Assembly (NCBI GenBank): GCA_040754475.1
Contig: JBFMCN010000092.1
Span: 1 to 62,472, forward strand
From: Actinomycetota bacterium
GTDB lineage: Bacteria; Actinomycetota; UBA4738; HRBIN12
Length of the DNA stretch: 62,472 bases
Direction of reading: 5' to 3'
Position numbers and translations under genes: made by a program. This document shows positions 8,833 through 17,720 of the stretch, one piece after another (the first letter of the stretch is position 1; each line of letters opens with the position of its first letter). The notes under the pieces are model-generated. The model searched no databases. It was given only the letters and a program-made list of their open reading frames with translations, and was not told the origin of the DNA.

Positions 8833-9780
8833 ATGCTCAGGATGCCGAGCGCTCGCCGTCTCCTGCTGCTGGGGTGCGCCGCTGCTGCGGTGCTGGCCCT
8901 GCCGGCGGCGGCGTCGGCCGCCGGGCTCGCGCCGTCCAAAGGCGACCAGATCGTCTTCTCGGGCACGGTGACCGTGCCGAGGGGCGAGGTCGTGGACGAG
9001 GTGGTCGTCCTGCACGGAGAGGCGGTGATCGAGGGCGTCGCCCTGGGCGACGTCGTCGTATTCGACGGCGCGATCGTCGTGACGGGGCAGGTGAGCGGAA
9101 GCGTCATCGCCGTGAACGGCCCCGTGCGACTCGGGCCGAGCGCTCAGGTCGGTGGAGACGTCCTCGCCCGCGGCTTGGTCGAGGCCCCGGAAGGGGTGAA
9201 GGTCGACGGGGAGGTCCGGCAGCACGTCGCATTCATGTGGCGGACGCCGGCGAGCCTGTTCGGGCGGTTCGCGAGCTGGCTCGCGGTGACCGTGTCGACC
9301 CTCGTCCTCGGGCTCCTTGCGATCTTCCTCACGCCCCGGGCGGCGGACGCCGTGTTCGCGGCGCTCCGGACCTCGCCCTGGTCCTCTATGGGCTGGGGGG
9401 CCGCGCTCACGGCGGTGATCCCTGTCGTCGCCCTCCTGGCGGTCGCCTCGATCGTCGCCCTTCCGTTCGGGTTCGTCGTGGCCCTCGCGCTGGCGTTCGT
9501 CGCCTTCGCCGGGTACGCGCTGAGCGCCTACGTGTTCGGCCGGCTGTTCTGGGGCGCGCCGAAGAACCGTGCCATCGCGTTCCTGATCGGGTGGGCGATC
9601 CTGCGCGCCGTCGGGATGATCCCGTACACGAGCGGCATCACGTTTGGGGCCGGCGCGGTGGTCGGCCTCGGCGGGGCGGCGGTCGCGATCTGGCGCGCGA
9701 GGGCGATCGGCGGCAAGCACCGCGAGGGACGAGCCGCCGTGCCGCTGCCGGAGGAGATCAAGGAAGAGGCGGGGTTCTGA
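8833..9780 (+). CDS. Membrane protein with signal peptide, bactofilin-like (polymer-forming, beta-helical) domain and C-terminal polytopic TM region
   Basis: In-frame ATG at 8833, with an alternative ATG at 8842 seven nt after a TAGGAT -10-like hexamer (possibly leaderless). Signal peptide LLLLGCAAAAVLALPAAASA. Repetitive V-x-G-x-V beta-helix segment, then 4-5 hydrophobic helices. Confidence 0.7.
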   Translation: MLRMPSARRLLLLGCAAAAVLALPAAASAAGLAPSKGDQIVFSGTVTVPRGEVVDEVVVLHGEAVIEGVALGDVVVFDGAIVVTGQVSGSVIAVNGPVRLGPSAQVGGDVLARGLVEAPEGVKVDGEVRQHVAFMWRTPASLFGRFASWLAVTVSTLVLGLLAIFLTPRAADAVFAALRTSPWSSMGWGAALTAVIPVVALLAVASIVALPFGFVVALALAFVAFAGYALSAYVFGRLFWGAPKNRAIAFLIGWAILRAVGMIPYTSGITFGAGAVVGLGGAAVAIWRARAIGGKHREGRAAVPLPEEIKEEAGF

Positions 9781-9800
9781 GCCCGGGGCCGGTCCCAGGC

Positions 9801-10202
9801 CTACCGGCGGAACAGTCGCACCAGGCCGAACACGATCCCGAACGCCACGCCGAGCGCCGCCGCCTGGGGAACGCTCATCAGCACTCGGGCGCCATCCTCG
9901 ACGCTCACGCGAGGCGAGAGCACGATGCCGACGAACGAGCTTCGGCCGAGCGTGGCACTTCCACCCGAGATCACGCTCTGGCAACCGCCCTGCGTGATCG
10001 AGACATCGCCCCCGGCGATCATCGGGCCACACCCACCTTGGGTGATCGAAACGTTCCCCCCGGCCAACATCGGCCCGGCGCCCGACCTGGCGAGGCTCAC
10101 ATCCCGAGCCCTGACCATCCCGACCAGCGAACGTTCTACCTGCGCCCCGTTCGCCTTGACCGATCCGATGATCCTTCCCTTGCCCTGTCCGTTCGGTTCC
10201 AT
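9801..10202 (-). CDS. Small tail-anchored protein with internal GG(N/D)VSITQGGCxxxIxGG beta-helix-like repeats
   Basis: 133-aa ORF. Two adjacent ~16-aa repeats, also visible as a ~48-nt DNA repeat around 9985..10080. C-terminal hydrophobic helix AAALGVAFGIVFGLV. Confidence 0.6.
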   Translation of the reverse strand: MEPNGQGKGRIIGSVKANGAQVERSLVGMVRARDVSLARSGAGPMLAGGNVSITQGGCGPMIAGGDVSITQGGCQSVISGGSATLGRSSFVGIVLSPRVSVEDGARVLMSVPQAAALGVAFGIVFGLVRLFRR

Positions 10203-10343
10203 CGCGCCCCTCCTTCGCCGCGCCCATCCTAGGCACCCTTCGCGAGTCTCGTCGCCGCGGCGGTTCCTGCCGCCAGGGGCCGCATGGCGCTGCTGGGGTG
10301 GCTATCCTTTCGAGCCGTAAGCTCGGCGAGCTGCAGTTCGGCG

Positions 10344-10418
10344 GGGCGCTTAGCTCAGCGGGAGAGCGCTGCCCTTACAAGGCAGAGGTCGATGGTTCGA
10401 ATCCATCAGCGCCCACCA
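10344..10418 (+). tRNA. tRNA-Val (anticodon UAC), CCA encoded
   Basis: Acceptor GGGCGCT/AGCGCCC, anticodon stem CTGCC/GGCAG with loop CTTACAA, T arm GATGG-TTCGAAT-CCATC, discriminator A, CCA at 10416..10418. Confidence 0.9.
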
Positions 10419-10549
10419 TTCGTTGTCTACTGCTCACCTCAGCGATCACCGATCTGTAGTACTCGCCGCCGGGTTGGCCGGGTCCTACAACAGGGCATCG
10501 GACCTCTCCCACGCAGCCGTCAGGCCCGTAGGCATATGTCAACGATGCC

Positions 10550-10566
10550 ATACCGGGGTAGGGTAT
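10550..10566. promoter_or_regulatory. CsoR-type operator-like box ATACCGGGGTAGGGTAT upstream of the SHOCT-copper ATPase operon
   Basis: 17-bp box with ATACC...GGTAT ends and an internal G/C tract. Same length and ends as the box in front of csoR (24918..24934). Its reverse complement begins TACCCTAC, like known CsoR sites. Located 19 nt upstream of the ATG at 10585. Confidence 0.45.
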
Positions 10567-10584
10567 ATGCAGGAGGTGGGAACC

Positions 10585-10845
10585 ATGATGTGGGACGGAT
10601 GGGGCCCGGACGGGTGGGCGGGATGGCTGTTCATGGCATTCACCATGGCGCTGGTGTGGGGTGGACTCATCGCCCTGGTCGTCTGGGCCGTCAGGTCATT
10701 CGCACACCCAACGACCCCCAATATCCGGGACGAGCATGGATCCGACGCGCTGGCGATCCTCGAGCAGCGCTTCGCCCGCGGTGAGATCGACAGGGGGGAG
10801 TTCGAGGAGCGGCGTGCGGTCCTTCGCGATCAGAGTGCGACCTGA
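10585..10845 (+). CDS. SHOCT domain-containing small membrane protein
   Basis: AGGAGG at 10571..10576 lies 8 nt before ATG 10585. One TM helix, then the C-terminal motif ILEQRFARGEIDRGEFEERRAVL typical of SHOCT. Confidence 0.7.
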   Translation: MMWDGWGPDGWAGWLFMAFTMALVWGGLIALVVWAVRSFAHPTTPNIRDEHGSDALAILEQRFARGEIDRGEFEERRAVLRDQSAT

Positions 10846-10900
10846 GGAGAGCTGAGGAGTGGGCGCGGCTCGATGAGCGCAGGAGGGAAGTGACGTCCCG

Positions 10901-13897
10901 ATGACGGGTGCGGAGATCCTGGTTACCACTCTCGGCATGGCTCTCATAGCCGTGCTGGCCTGGTTCTTCTTCGGACCGAAGGAGGCTCGCCGGGCCGAGG
11001 TCCGAGGTGGGGTCCAGGAAGTGAAGATCATCGTCAAGGGTGGCTACTCGCCGAACCTGATCCGTGTCCAGGAGGGGGTGCCTCTCCGCCTCCTGTTCGA
11101 TCGACAGGAGAACAGCGACTGCTCCTCGCGCGTGGTGTTCCCCGACTTCGGGGTGAGCAAGTCACTCGCAGCGTTCGGCAAGACCACGGTCGACCTCCTG
11201 CCTGATCGGAGCGGCGAGTTCGGGTTCGCCTGCGGGATGAACATGCTCCACGGCACTCTGGTTGTGGAGGCCGCGGGGGCGAACGGGCACGTGCAGTCGG
11301 GTGGGATCGGTGACGAGGCGGTAGGGGCCGCGGTTGGAGACGAGGCCGCCGGACGAGCGCACGAGGGACACACACACGAGGCGGCCCGGGCCGTCGGCGT
11401 CGGCCCGACACTCGAGGTGGGGGAAACCGACAGGGTGGAACTCGCCCTGCGGGGAGGAGGGGTGACCTGCCCGACGTGTGTGACGAACATCGAGACGGTT
11501 CTTGATCGCCTTCCGGGCGTGGATCGCGTACAGGCGAACTTCGGGGCAGAGCGGGTCACGGTCGACTTCGATCCGAAGACGGTCAAGGTCGCCGACCTCA
11601 CACGCGTCGTGAGCTCAGCCGGCTACCGGGTGGAGGAGCGCCCCGAGCCCGGCTCGGCGGAGACCGAGGATGCCGAGGCCGCTGCCCACAGGGCAGAGAT
11701 CGCCGACCTCACGCGGCGTGTCGCCGTCGGTGCCATCTTGGCGGCCCCGGTGCTGTTCGCGGTGATGGTCGGCGACTACCTCAATCCGTCGTGGCTCCCG
11801 GAGATCCTGTCCAATCACTGGTTTCAGTTGGCGCTCATCACCCCGGTGATGCTCTACACGGGTTGGCCGATCCACCGGACCGGCTGGCTGACCCTGAGTC
11901 ACCGCACGGCGGACATGAACACCCTGATCACCATCGGTTCGACGGCGGCGTTCGGCTACAGCTTGGCTGTGACGGTGGCGCCCGAGGTCTTCTCGGAGGG
12001 CCTGCGTTCCGTCTACTACGAGGCGGTGGGCGTGATCTTGACCCTGATCTTGCTTGGCAGGCTGTTGGAGGCCAGGGCGAAAGCGGGGACCGGTGAGGCG
12101 ATCCGCAAGCTGATCGGGCTGCAGGCGAAGACGGCTCGTGTGATCCGCGACGGCGAGGAGACCGAGCTCCCGGTCGACGGAGTGTTGCCCGGTGACATCG
12201 TCTCAGTCCGTCCCGGCGAGAAGATCCCAGTCGACGGGGAGCTCACCGAGGGCCATTCGGCGGTGGACGAGTCGATGGTGACCGGCGAGCCCATCCCGGC
12301 GGAGAAGCGTCCGGGCGACACGGTGATCGGCGCGACCATCAACCAGACGGGAGCGTTCCGGTTCCGGGCCACCAAGGTCGGCAAGGAGACCATGCTGGCC
12401 CAGATCGTGAAGCTCGTTGAGCAGGCGCAGGCCTCCAAGGCCCCCATTCAGCGCCTTGCCGACCTGGTCGCTTCGTACTTCGTCCCTGCCGTGATCTTCA
12501 TCGCCATAGGTACCTTCGTCCTATGGTTCGACTTGCGCGCCGTGTCTGCGCTCACGTTCGCCCTGGTGACGGCGGTGTCGGTGCTGATCATCGCCTGTCC
12601 TTGCGCTCTGGGGCTGGCCACTCCGCTCTCGATCATGGTGGCGACGGGCAAGGGCGCCGAGCGGGGGATCCTCATCCGGTCTGCAGAAGCCCTGGAAACC
12701 GCCCACAAGCTCGACACGATCGTCCTCGACAAGACCGGCACGATCACGCGCGGCCAGCCGTCGCTGACCGACGTGGTCGCGGTGAACGGCTTCGGCGAGG
12801 AGGAGCTCCTGCATCTGACCGCCTCCGCCGAACGTCTATCCGAGCACCCCTTGGCTCTGGCTGTCGTGGTGGGGGCTCAGGACCGCGGTCTGCGTCTGGA
12901 GGATGCGTCGGAGTTCGATTCGGTCACCGGCAAAGGCGTCCAGGCCACGGTGGCGGGCCGGAAAGTGGTCGTGGGGCGCCGAGGCCTGTTGGAGGACCAG
13001 GGCGTCGACCCATCGTCCTTGGACGCGGCGGCCGAGCGCCTGGCCACGGAAGGCAAGACGTCGATCTACGCGGCGGTGGACGGGACTGCGGCCGGAGTCG
13101 TGGCTGTGGCCGACACCCTCAAGGATGGATCGACGAAGGCCGTCGGCGCCCTTCGGCGGGCTGGCCTGGAGGTGGTCATGATCACCGGCGACAACCGGCG
13201 GACCGCCGAGGCGGTCGCGCGCCGGGTCGGCATCGGACGGGTCCTTGCCGAAGTCCTGCCTCGGGACAAGTCCCTGGAGGTCCGACGGCTTCAAGACGAG
13301 GGCAGGCTCGTGGGCATGGTGGGCGACGGTATCAACGACGCCCCTGCTCTGGCCCAGGCCGATGTCGGCATCGCCATCGGCACCGGCACCGACGTGGCCA
13401 TCGAGTCCTCCGACGTCACCCTCATCTCCGGGGACCTGGAAGGTGTCGTCACGGCGATCGCGCTGTCTCGTGCCACCATGCGCAACATCCGCCAGAATCT
13501 GGTCTTCGCCTTCGGCTACAACTCGGTGGGTATCCCCATCGCCGCCGGAGCTCTGTATCCGCTGACGGGACTGCTGCTCAACCCGATGATCGCTGCGGCG
13601 GCCATGGCGGCCTCATCGCTATCCGTCGTGGGCAACGCCAACCGCCTGCGGAGGTTCGTGCCGACGCCCATCGAGGGGGCAGGATCGACGGCCGAGACGC
13701 TGGCGCCAACGGTGGAGGTCGGGCAGCGTGGGGAAGGGAGGGAGGAGAAGATGGAGACCGTGAAGGACGCCGTGTGCGGGATGGAGATCGACCCCGCGGG
13801 TGCCGCCGCAAGCGAGGAGTACGAAGGGCAGACCTACTACTTCTGCTCGCAGGTCTGCCACGAGAAGTTCATGGCCGACCCTGCCGCCGACGGGTAG
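10901..13897 (+). CDS. Copper-translocating P1B-type ATPase with N-terminal TM + cupredoxin-like domain, HMA domain and C-terminal YHS/TRASH domain
   Basis: 998 aa. Cupredoxin_1-like block (...[18 protein letters not shown]), His-rich linker, HMA with [11 protein letters not shown] motif ([12 protein letters not shown]), [13 protein letters not shown], and C-terminal VCGMEID...[15 protein letters not shown]. Confidence 0.9.
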   Translation: MTGAEILVTTLGMALIAVLAWFFFGPKEARRAEVRGGVQEVKIIVKGGYSPNLIRVQEGVPLRLLFDRQENSDCSSRVVFPDFGVSKSLAAFGKTTVDLLPDRSGEFGFACGMNMLHGTLVVEAAGANGHVQSGGIGDEAVGAAVGDEAAGRAHEGHTHEAARAVGVGPTLEVGETDRVELALRGGGVTCPTCVTNIETVLDRLPGVDRVQANFGAERVTVDFDPKTVKVADLTRVVSSAGYRVEERPEPGSAETEDAEAAAHRAEIADLTRRVAVGAILAAPVLFAVMVGDYLNPSWLPEILSNHWFQLALITPVMLYTGWPIHRTGWLTLSHRTADMNTLITIGSTAAFGYSLAVTVAPEVFSEGLRSVYYEAVGVILTLILLGRLLEARAKAGTGEAIRKLIGLQAKTARVIRDGEETELPVDGVLPGDIVSVRPGEKIPVDGELTEGHSAVDESMVTGEPIPAEKRPGDTVIGATINQTGAFRFRATKVGKETMLAQIVKLVEQAQASKAPIQRLADLVASYFVPAVIFIAIGTFVLWFDLRAVSALTFALVTAVSVLIIACPCALGLATPLSIMVATGKGAERGILIRSAEALETAHKLDTIVLDKTGTITRGQPSLTDVVAVNGFGEEELLHLTASAERLSEHPLALAVVVGAQDRGLRLEDASEFDSVTGKGVQATVAGRKVVVGRRGLLEDQGVDPSSLDAAAERLATEGKTSIYAAVDGTAAGVVAVADTLKDGSTKAVGALRRAGLEVVMITGDNRRTAEAVARRVGIGRVLAEVLPRDKSLEVRRLQDEGRLVGMVGDGINDAPALAQADVGIAIGTGTDVAIESSDVTLISGDLEGVVTAIALSRATMRNIRQNLVFAFGYNSVGIPIAAGALYPLTGLLLNPMIAAAAMAASSLSVVGNANRLRRFVPTPIEGAGSTAETLAPTVEVGQRGEGREEKMETVKDAVCGMEIDPAGAAASEEYEGQTYYFCSQVCHEKFMADPAADG

Positions 13898-14231
13898 TCG
13901 CGCTCGAGGGGCGTGCCGCGTTCCGATTCCCGCGGACCGAGGGTGCCGCCACGGCTTCAACTCCGCGTCCTGGATCTCCGCGTCTTCACCCCGTCGGCCG
14001 AGCATGAACCGACCGCCGGGCCAGACGAAGAATGCGTAACCCCCGAGTCCATCTACCGCTCCGCCAAGGCCGAGGAACCACACGCCGACGGCAGTTGCCG
14101 GGTCCGTCAGCTCGACCACCTCTGCCCTCACACCGACCACGTGGGCGGTTCGGACGAGCTCAGGGACGCTGCAGTGAGAGCCGATCGCGGCCGTCCGCGG
14201 GCCCGCCTAAGATGCGCTCGGAGGTCGTTGC

Positions 14232-15377
14232 ATGGCACAGCAGAGGCGCTCGCTGGGGGACGAAGCCTGGGTGAGATTGCTGGGCGGTGACCCACGTTCG
14301 TTGCTCCTCAAGTCGGGGGAGCCGGCCGCTCGCTGGGTCACGCTCACCAAGCTCTTGGGCCGCCCGGAGGGAGATCCGGAGGTCCTCCAAGCGCACGAGG
14401 AGGTCCTCGCCGACGCTGGGACCCGTTCGCTGATCGATCGCATTCCCGACTGGGAAGTCGACACGAAGCTCTCGGGGCACAATGCGCCCGGCTTCGCCCC
14501 GAACCTGCTCAACCTGCTGGCCGACATGGGTCTGCGGGCCGGCGACGATCCCGCGGTCGAACGGCTGCTCGACCAGATGCTGGAGCATCAAGATGCCGAC
14601 GGGCGGTTCGCCTCCTACGGGACGAGCCGAGCGACCCCGGAGCCGATCTGGGGCGCCCTGCTCTGCGATGCCCATGCCGTGACCGAGGTGCTCGTCCGGT
14701 TCGGGAGGTGGGACGACCCGCGGACGTCGGCAGCTCTCGAGCGCATGGAGATCGACCTCGCCAGAACGGACCAGGGACGTGCTTGGCCCTGCGTTCCCGG
14801 CTCGGGCACCGGGTTCCGAGGACCCGGGCGCAAGACCGACTTCTGCCCTCAGGTCACGCTCGAGGCTCTGCGAACCTTCGCCCGGCTCCCCGCTCGGCGA
14901 AGACCGAGGGGCCTGCTGGACGTCGCCAGAACGTCGCTTCGCGCCTGGAGGGTCAGGGGGGAGGAGAAGCCGTACGTGTTCGGTCACGGGGTTCAGTTCA
15001 AGACCGTGAAGTGGCCGACCTCCTGGTACGACGTGCACATGGTGCTCGACACGCTGAGCCGGTTCCCCGGGCTGTGGCGCGGCCCGCGGTCGCGGCCCGA
15101 GGATCGCCGAGCGCTGGCCGAGCTCGCCGCATGCATGGTCGCCTACAACGTGGGCCCGGACGGGCGGGTCACGCCCAGGTCGTGCTACCGAGGCTTCGAG
15201 GGCTTCTCGTTCGGACAGAAGAAGGTTCCGTCGGCGTTTGCGACGGCGCGACTTGCGGCGGTGCTCCGCCGTTTGGACGACCTGGCACCCGAGATTCGCG
15301 CGGTCGACGTCCGGAAGCTGACGAGCTCCAAGGGCGGCTCCGGCACGGCCGTCCCACCGAAGGTTAGGCCGGCGTGA
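14232..15377 (+). CDS. Hypothetical protein, possibly a prenyltransferase/terpene-cyclase-like alpha/alpha-toroid repeat protein
   Basis: 381-aa ORF with good GC3. Repeated Q..DG-like segments (HQDADGRF, NVGPDGRV). No catalytic motif recognised. Confidence 0.6.
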   Translation: MAQQRRSLGDEAWVRLLGGDPRSLLLKSGEPAARWVTLTKLLGRPEGDPEVLQAHEEVLADAGTRSLIDRIPDWEVDTKLSGHNAPGFAPNLLNLLADMGLRAGDDPAVERLLDQMLEHQDADGRFASYGTSRATPEPIWGALLCDAHAVTEVLVRFGRWDDPRTSAALERMEIDLARTDQGRAWPCVPGSGTGFRGPGRKTDFCPQVTLEALRTFARLPARRRPRGLLDVARTSLRAWRVRGEEKPYVFGHGVQFKTVKWPTSWYDVHMVLDTLSRFPGLWRGPRSRPEDRRALAELAACMVAYNVGPDGRVTPRSCYRGFEGFSFGQKKVPSAFATARLAAVLRRLDDLAPEIRAVDVRKLTSSKGGSGTAVPPKVRPA

Positions 15378-15434
15378 GGCTGGGGCTCGAGCCTCGCGAT
15401 CGGCTCGGCTAGGATCGCCGCCGGGGGGACCCGG

Positions 15435-17372
15435 ATGCAGGAGCGACCGGTCGCGGCATCGTCCATGCGGAGGCGATTGGTCGCGGCGCCTTGGATGCAG
15501 GTGGCGCTTGTGGCCGTCTGCGTCGTCCTCGGGATGCAGGCGATCCGCGTTCTCGTTCCGCTCGTCTATCACGTCCGCGAGACCTCGAGCGTCGTTCTGG
15601 CGCTCGGGATCGCCGTGGCGGCGTTCCTCGGGCCGCTGGTCGCGATCCCGCTTCGCCGGATGACGGGGCCGGCCACGACGGTTGTGGCGGTCGCCGTTCT
15701 TGCCATCCTGCGGGTCGCCTTGCAGCTCCTTCACCCGATCCCGATCTGGATCGCGGCCGTGACCGCTGGGTGGGCGATGCTGACGTGGGCGGTCCTGTTG
15801 GATACGGATGGCGAGCCGACCCTCAGCGGGCGCGCGGGTTTCGTCCTGGGCTTCTTCCTCGGACTTGCGACCGACACGGCGCTTCGGAGCCTCTTCCGGA
15901 CGTGGGACCTCGCCTGGCAGGCCGGCGCGGTTCCGCTCGTCGTCACCGGCGTCCTGGGCCTGGCGGCTGTGTGTCTCGCCGTCATCGCGCGGCCGAGCCC
16001 TTCCGGCGGAGAAGGTCCCGACGGGCGCGCCGGCGGGACATTTGCCGTGGCGTTGATCGGGCCCTTGCTCATGCTCGAGCTGCTGTTCCTTCAGAACGTG
16101 GCCTACGCGGACTCCGCCGCTGGGGTCTCGCTGGCGGTCGGGGCGGCGGTGGTCTTGCTGGGTGACGCCGCGGCGATCACGGTCGCTCTCCTCATGAATC
16201 GGGGGCGCGTGAAGGCCAGGGCGCTCGACTGGATGGCAGGGGGGTTTCTCCTGCTCGCTTCATGGCTGATATCGACCGAAGGTGCGGGCGTCCTGGCCTT
16301 GATCCTTGTGGCGCAGACTTGCGCCGGGGCGCTTCTCGGGTCGGCGCTCGTTCGCGACGGCCGGCCTGCCGATTCTCACTTGACTCCACTCGCCGTGGCG
16401 CTCGGTGGCGAGGTGTTCTTGGTGCTCGCCTTCCTGTACCAGATCAACATCGTGAGCCCGTTGCCGTTCTCGGGTCGACTCATTCCGGTTGTGGCCGCGG
16501 GGGCCATGATGCTTGGAGCCGTCGGAGTGGGACCCGTCGCCGATCGCCAACGGACATTCCCGCCGGCCCTGATGGCTGCCTGGGTCGCGGTGCTGCTCGT
16601 CGTGCCCCTCGGGCTCGGGGCGACTGCTCCGGCCCCGACCGTCCAAGCCGGTTCCGGCCGCAGCTACCGCTTGATGAGCTGGAACATCCACTCGGCGATG
16701 AACGGGAACGGTCAGCTCGACCCCGAGGAGATCGCACTCGAGGTGGGACGCCAGGATCCCGACGTCCTCGTCCTACAGGAGGTGCCGAGGGGATGGGCGA
16801 TCTCCGGCTCGTTCGACATGGCGGAATGGCTCCTGGACAGGCTCGACATGCCCTACCGGTGGGCGGCGGCCGCCGACGGGCAGTTCGGCAACCTCGTGCT
16901 GAGCCGGCTGCCGATCGGTTCCGTCCGGAAGGCGCTGTTGCCGTACGGAGATGGCCCCCAACACCGCAGCTACCTGTTGGTCGAGCTCGACGTGGACGAC
17001 GGTCGAGAGGCGACCGTCGTCTGCACGCACCTCGAGGGGGGCTCGCCCACCCGCGCGACTCAGATCGAGACGATCCTGCGAACGGTGGAAGGGCGGACTT
17101 CAACGGTCATCGCCGGCGACATGAACGTGCAGCCCGACGACGAGGCGGACGTCGCCCTCTTCACCGGTGCCGGGTTCGCGAGCGCCCAGGACGCGACCGG
17201 GCACGGGTCGGAATCGACCGCCCGCGACCCGAACTTCCCCGGCGACCGGCCGGACTGGATCTTCGGAACGTCGGACGTCGCGTTCGACGACTTCCGCATC
17301 GTCCGAAGCGAGGCCTCGGACCACCTCCCGCTCGTCGTGACGATCTCGTTCGGCGGTCACGACAGGGGCTAG
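15435..17372 (+). CDS. Polytopic membrane protein fused to a C-terminal endonuclease/exonuclease/phosphatase (EEP) domain
   Basis: 645 aa. About 400 aa of hydrophobic helices, then EEP motifs SWNIHS, LVLQEV, GDMN and SDHLPL. Confidence 0.8.
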   Translation: MQERPVAASSMRRRLVAAPWMQVALVAVCVVLGMQAIRVLVPLVYHVRETSSVVLALGIAVAAFLGPLVAIPLRRMTGPATTVVAVAVLAILRVALQLLHPIPIWIAAVTAGWAMLTWAVLLDTDGEPTLSGRAGFVLGFFLGLATDTALRSLFRTWDLAWQAGAVPLVVTGVLGLAAVCLAVIARPSPSGGEGPDGRAGGTFAVALIGPLLMLELLFLQNVAYADSAAGVSLAVGAAVVLLGDAAAITVALLMNRGRVKARALDWMAGGFLLLASWLISTEGAGVLALILVAQTCAGALLGSALVRDGRPADSHLTPLAVALGGEVFLVLAFLYQINIVSPLPFSGRLIPVVAAGAMMLGAVGVGPVADRQRTFPPALMAAWVAVLLVVPLGLGATAPAPTVQAGSGRSYRLMSWNIHSAMNGNGQLDPEEIALEVGRQDPDVLVLQEVPRGWAISGSFDMAEWLLDRLDMPYRWAAAADGQFGNLVLSRLPIGSVRKALLPYGDGPQHRSYLLVELDVDDGREATVVCTHLEGGSPTRATQIETILRTVEGRTSTVIAGDMNVQPDDEADVALFTGAGFASAQDATGHGSESTARDPNFPGDRPDWIFGTSDVAFDDFRIVRSEASDHLPLVVTISFGGHDRG

Positions 17373-17671
17373 CGGCTGGAGCGGTCGGAGCGCTTGCCGA
17401 TCCCGCGGCCGCCGCCGCCGAGCAACCCGAGATCGATCGCTACGCCGAGCACGATGATCAGGATTCCGCCGGCGCGGAGACTTCCCTGGGGTGTGGAGAA
17501 GGCATTCCGGGCCATCGCGTAGGCGATCGTCGTCGTCGGCAGGAGGAAGAAGCCGAGCGTCGGCCATTCCCATCCGCCGAACGCCCTCGAGAGGTAGTCC
17601 GTGAACAGCCAGAGACACAGGATCACGAAGCGTGGGGCGATCAGGCCGAGAAGTACTACTAGGCATCCCAT
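17369..17671 (-). CDS. Small hypothetical membrane protein (100 aa)
   Basis: ORF with 3 predicted hydrophobic helices and a Gly/Arg tail. Its 3' end overlaps the EEP gene by 4 nt, convergently. Confidence 0.5.
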   Translation of the reverse strand: MGCLVVLLGLIAPRFVILCLWLFTDYLSRAFGGWEWPTLGFFLLPTTTIAYAMARNAFSTPQGSLRAGGILIIVLGVAIDLGLLGGGGRGIGKRSDRSSR

Positions 17672-17720
17672 GGCAAGATGGTTGCCAGGTTAGCCCAGGG
17701 GAGGGGGACCTAGGGGCTCC

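Noticed and set aside
13920-13930. GTTCCGATTCC, an ~11-nt imperfect echo of the tRNA-Val T-loop region. Considered as an attR for a tRNA-Val island.
   Set aside because: It is too short and imperfect (about 9/10 with a gap) and similarity does not continue into the acceptor stem. No integrase is present. It is not comparable to the 49-nt tRNA-Met repeat.
14160-15734. 524-aa minus-strand ORF opposite the 14232..15377 gene
   Set aside because: The composition is Arg/Pro-rich and repetitive. The plus-strand frame has the more protein-like sequence and a sensible start context. Confidence in this choice is moderate, not absolute.
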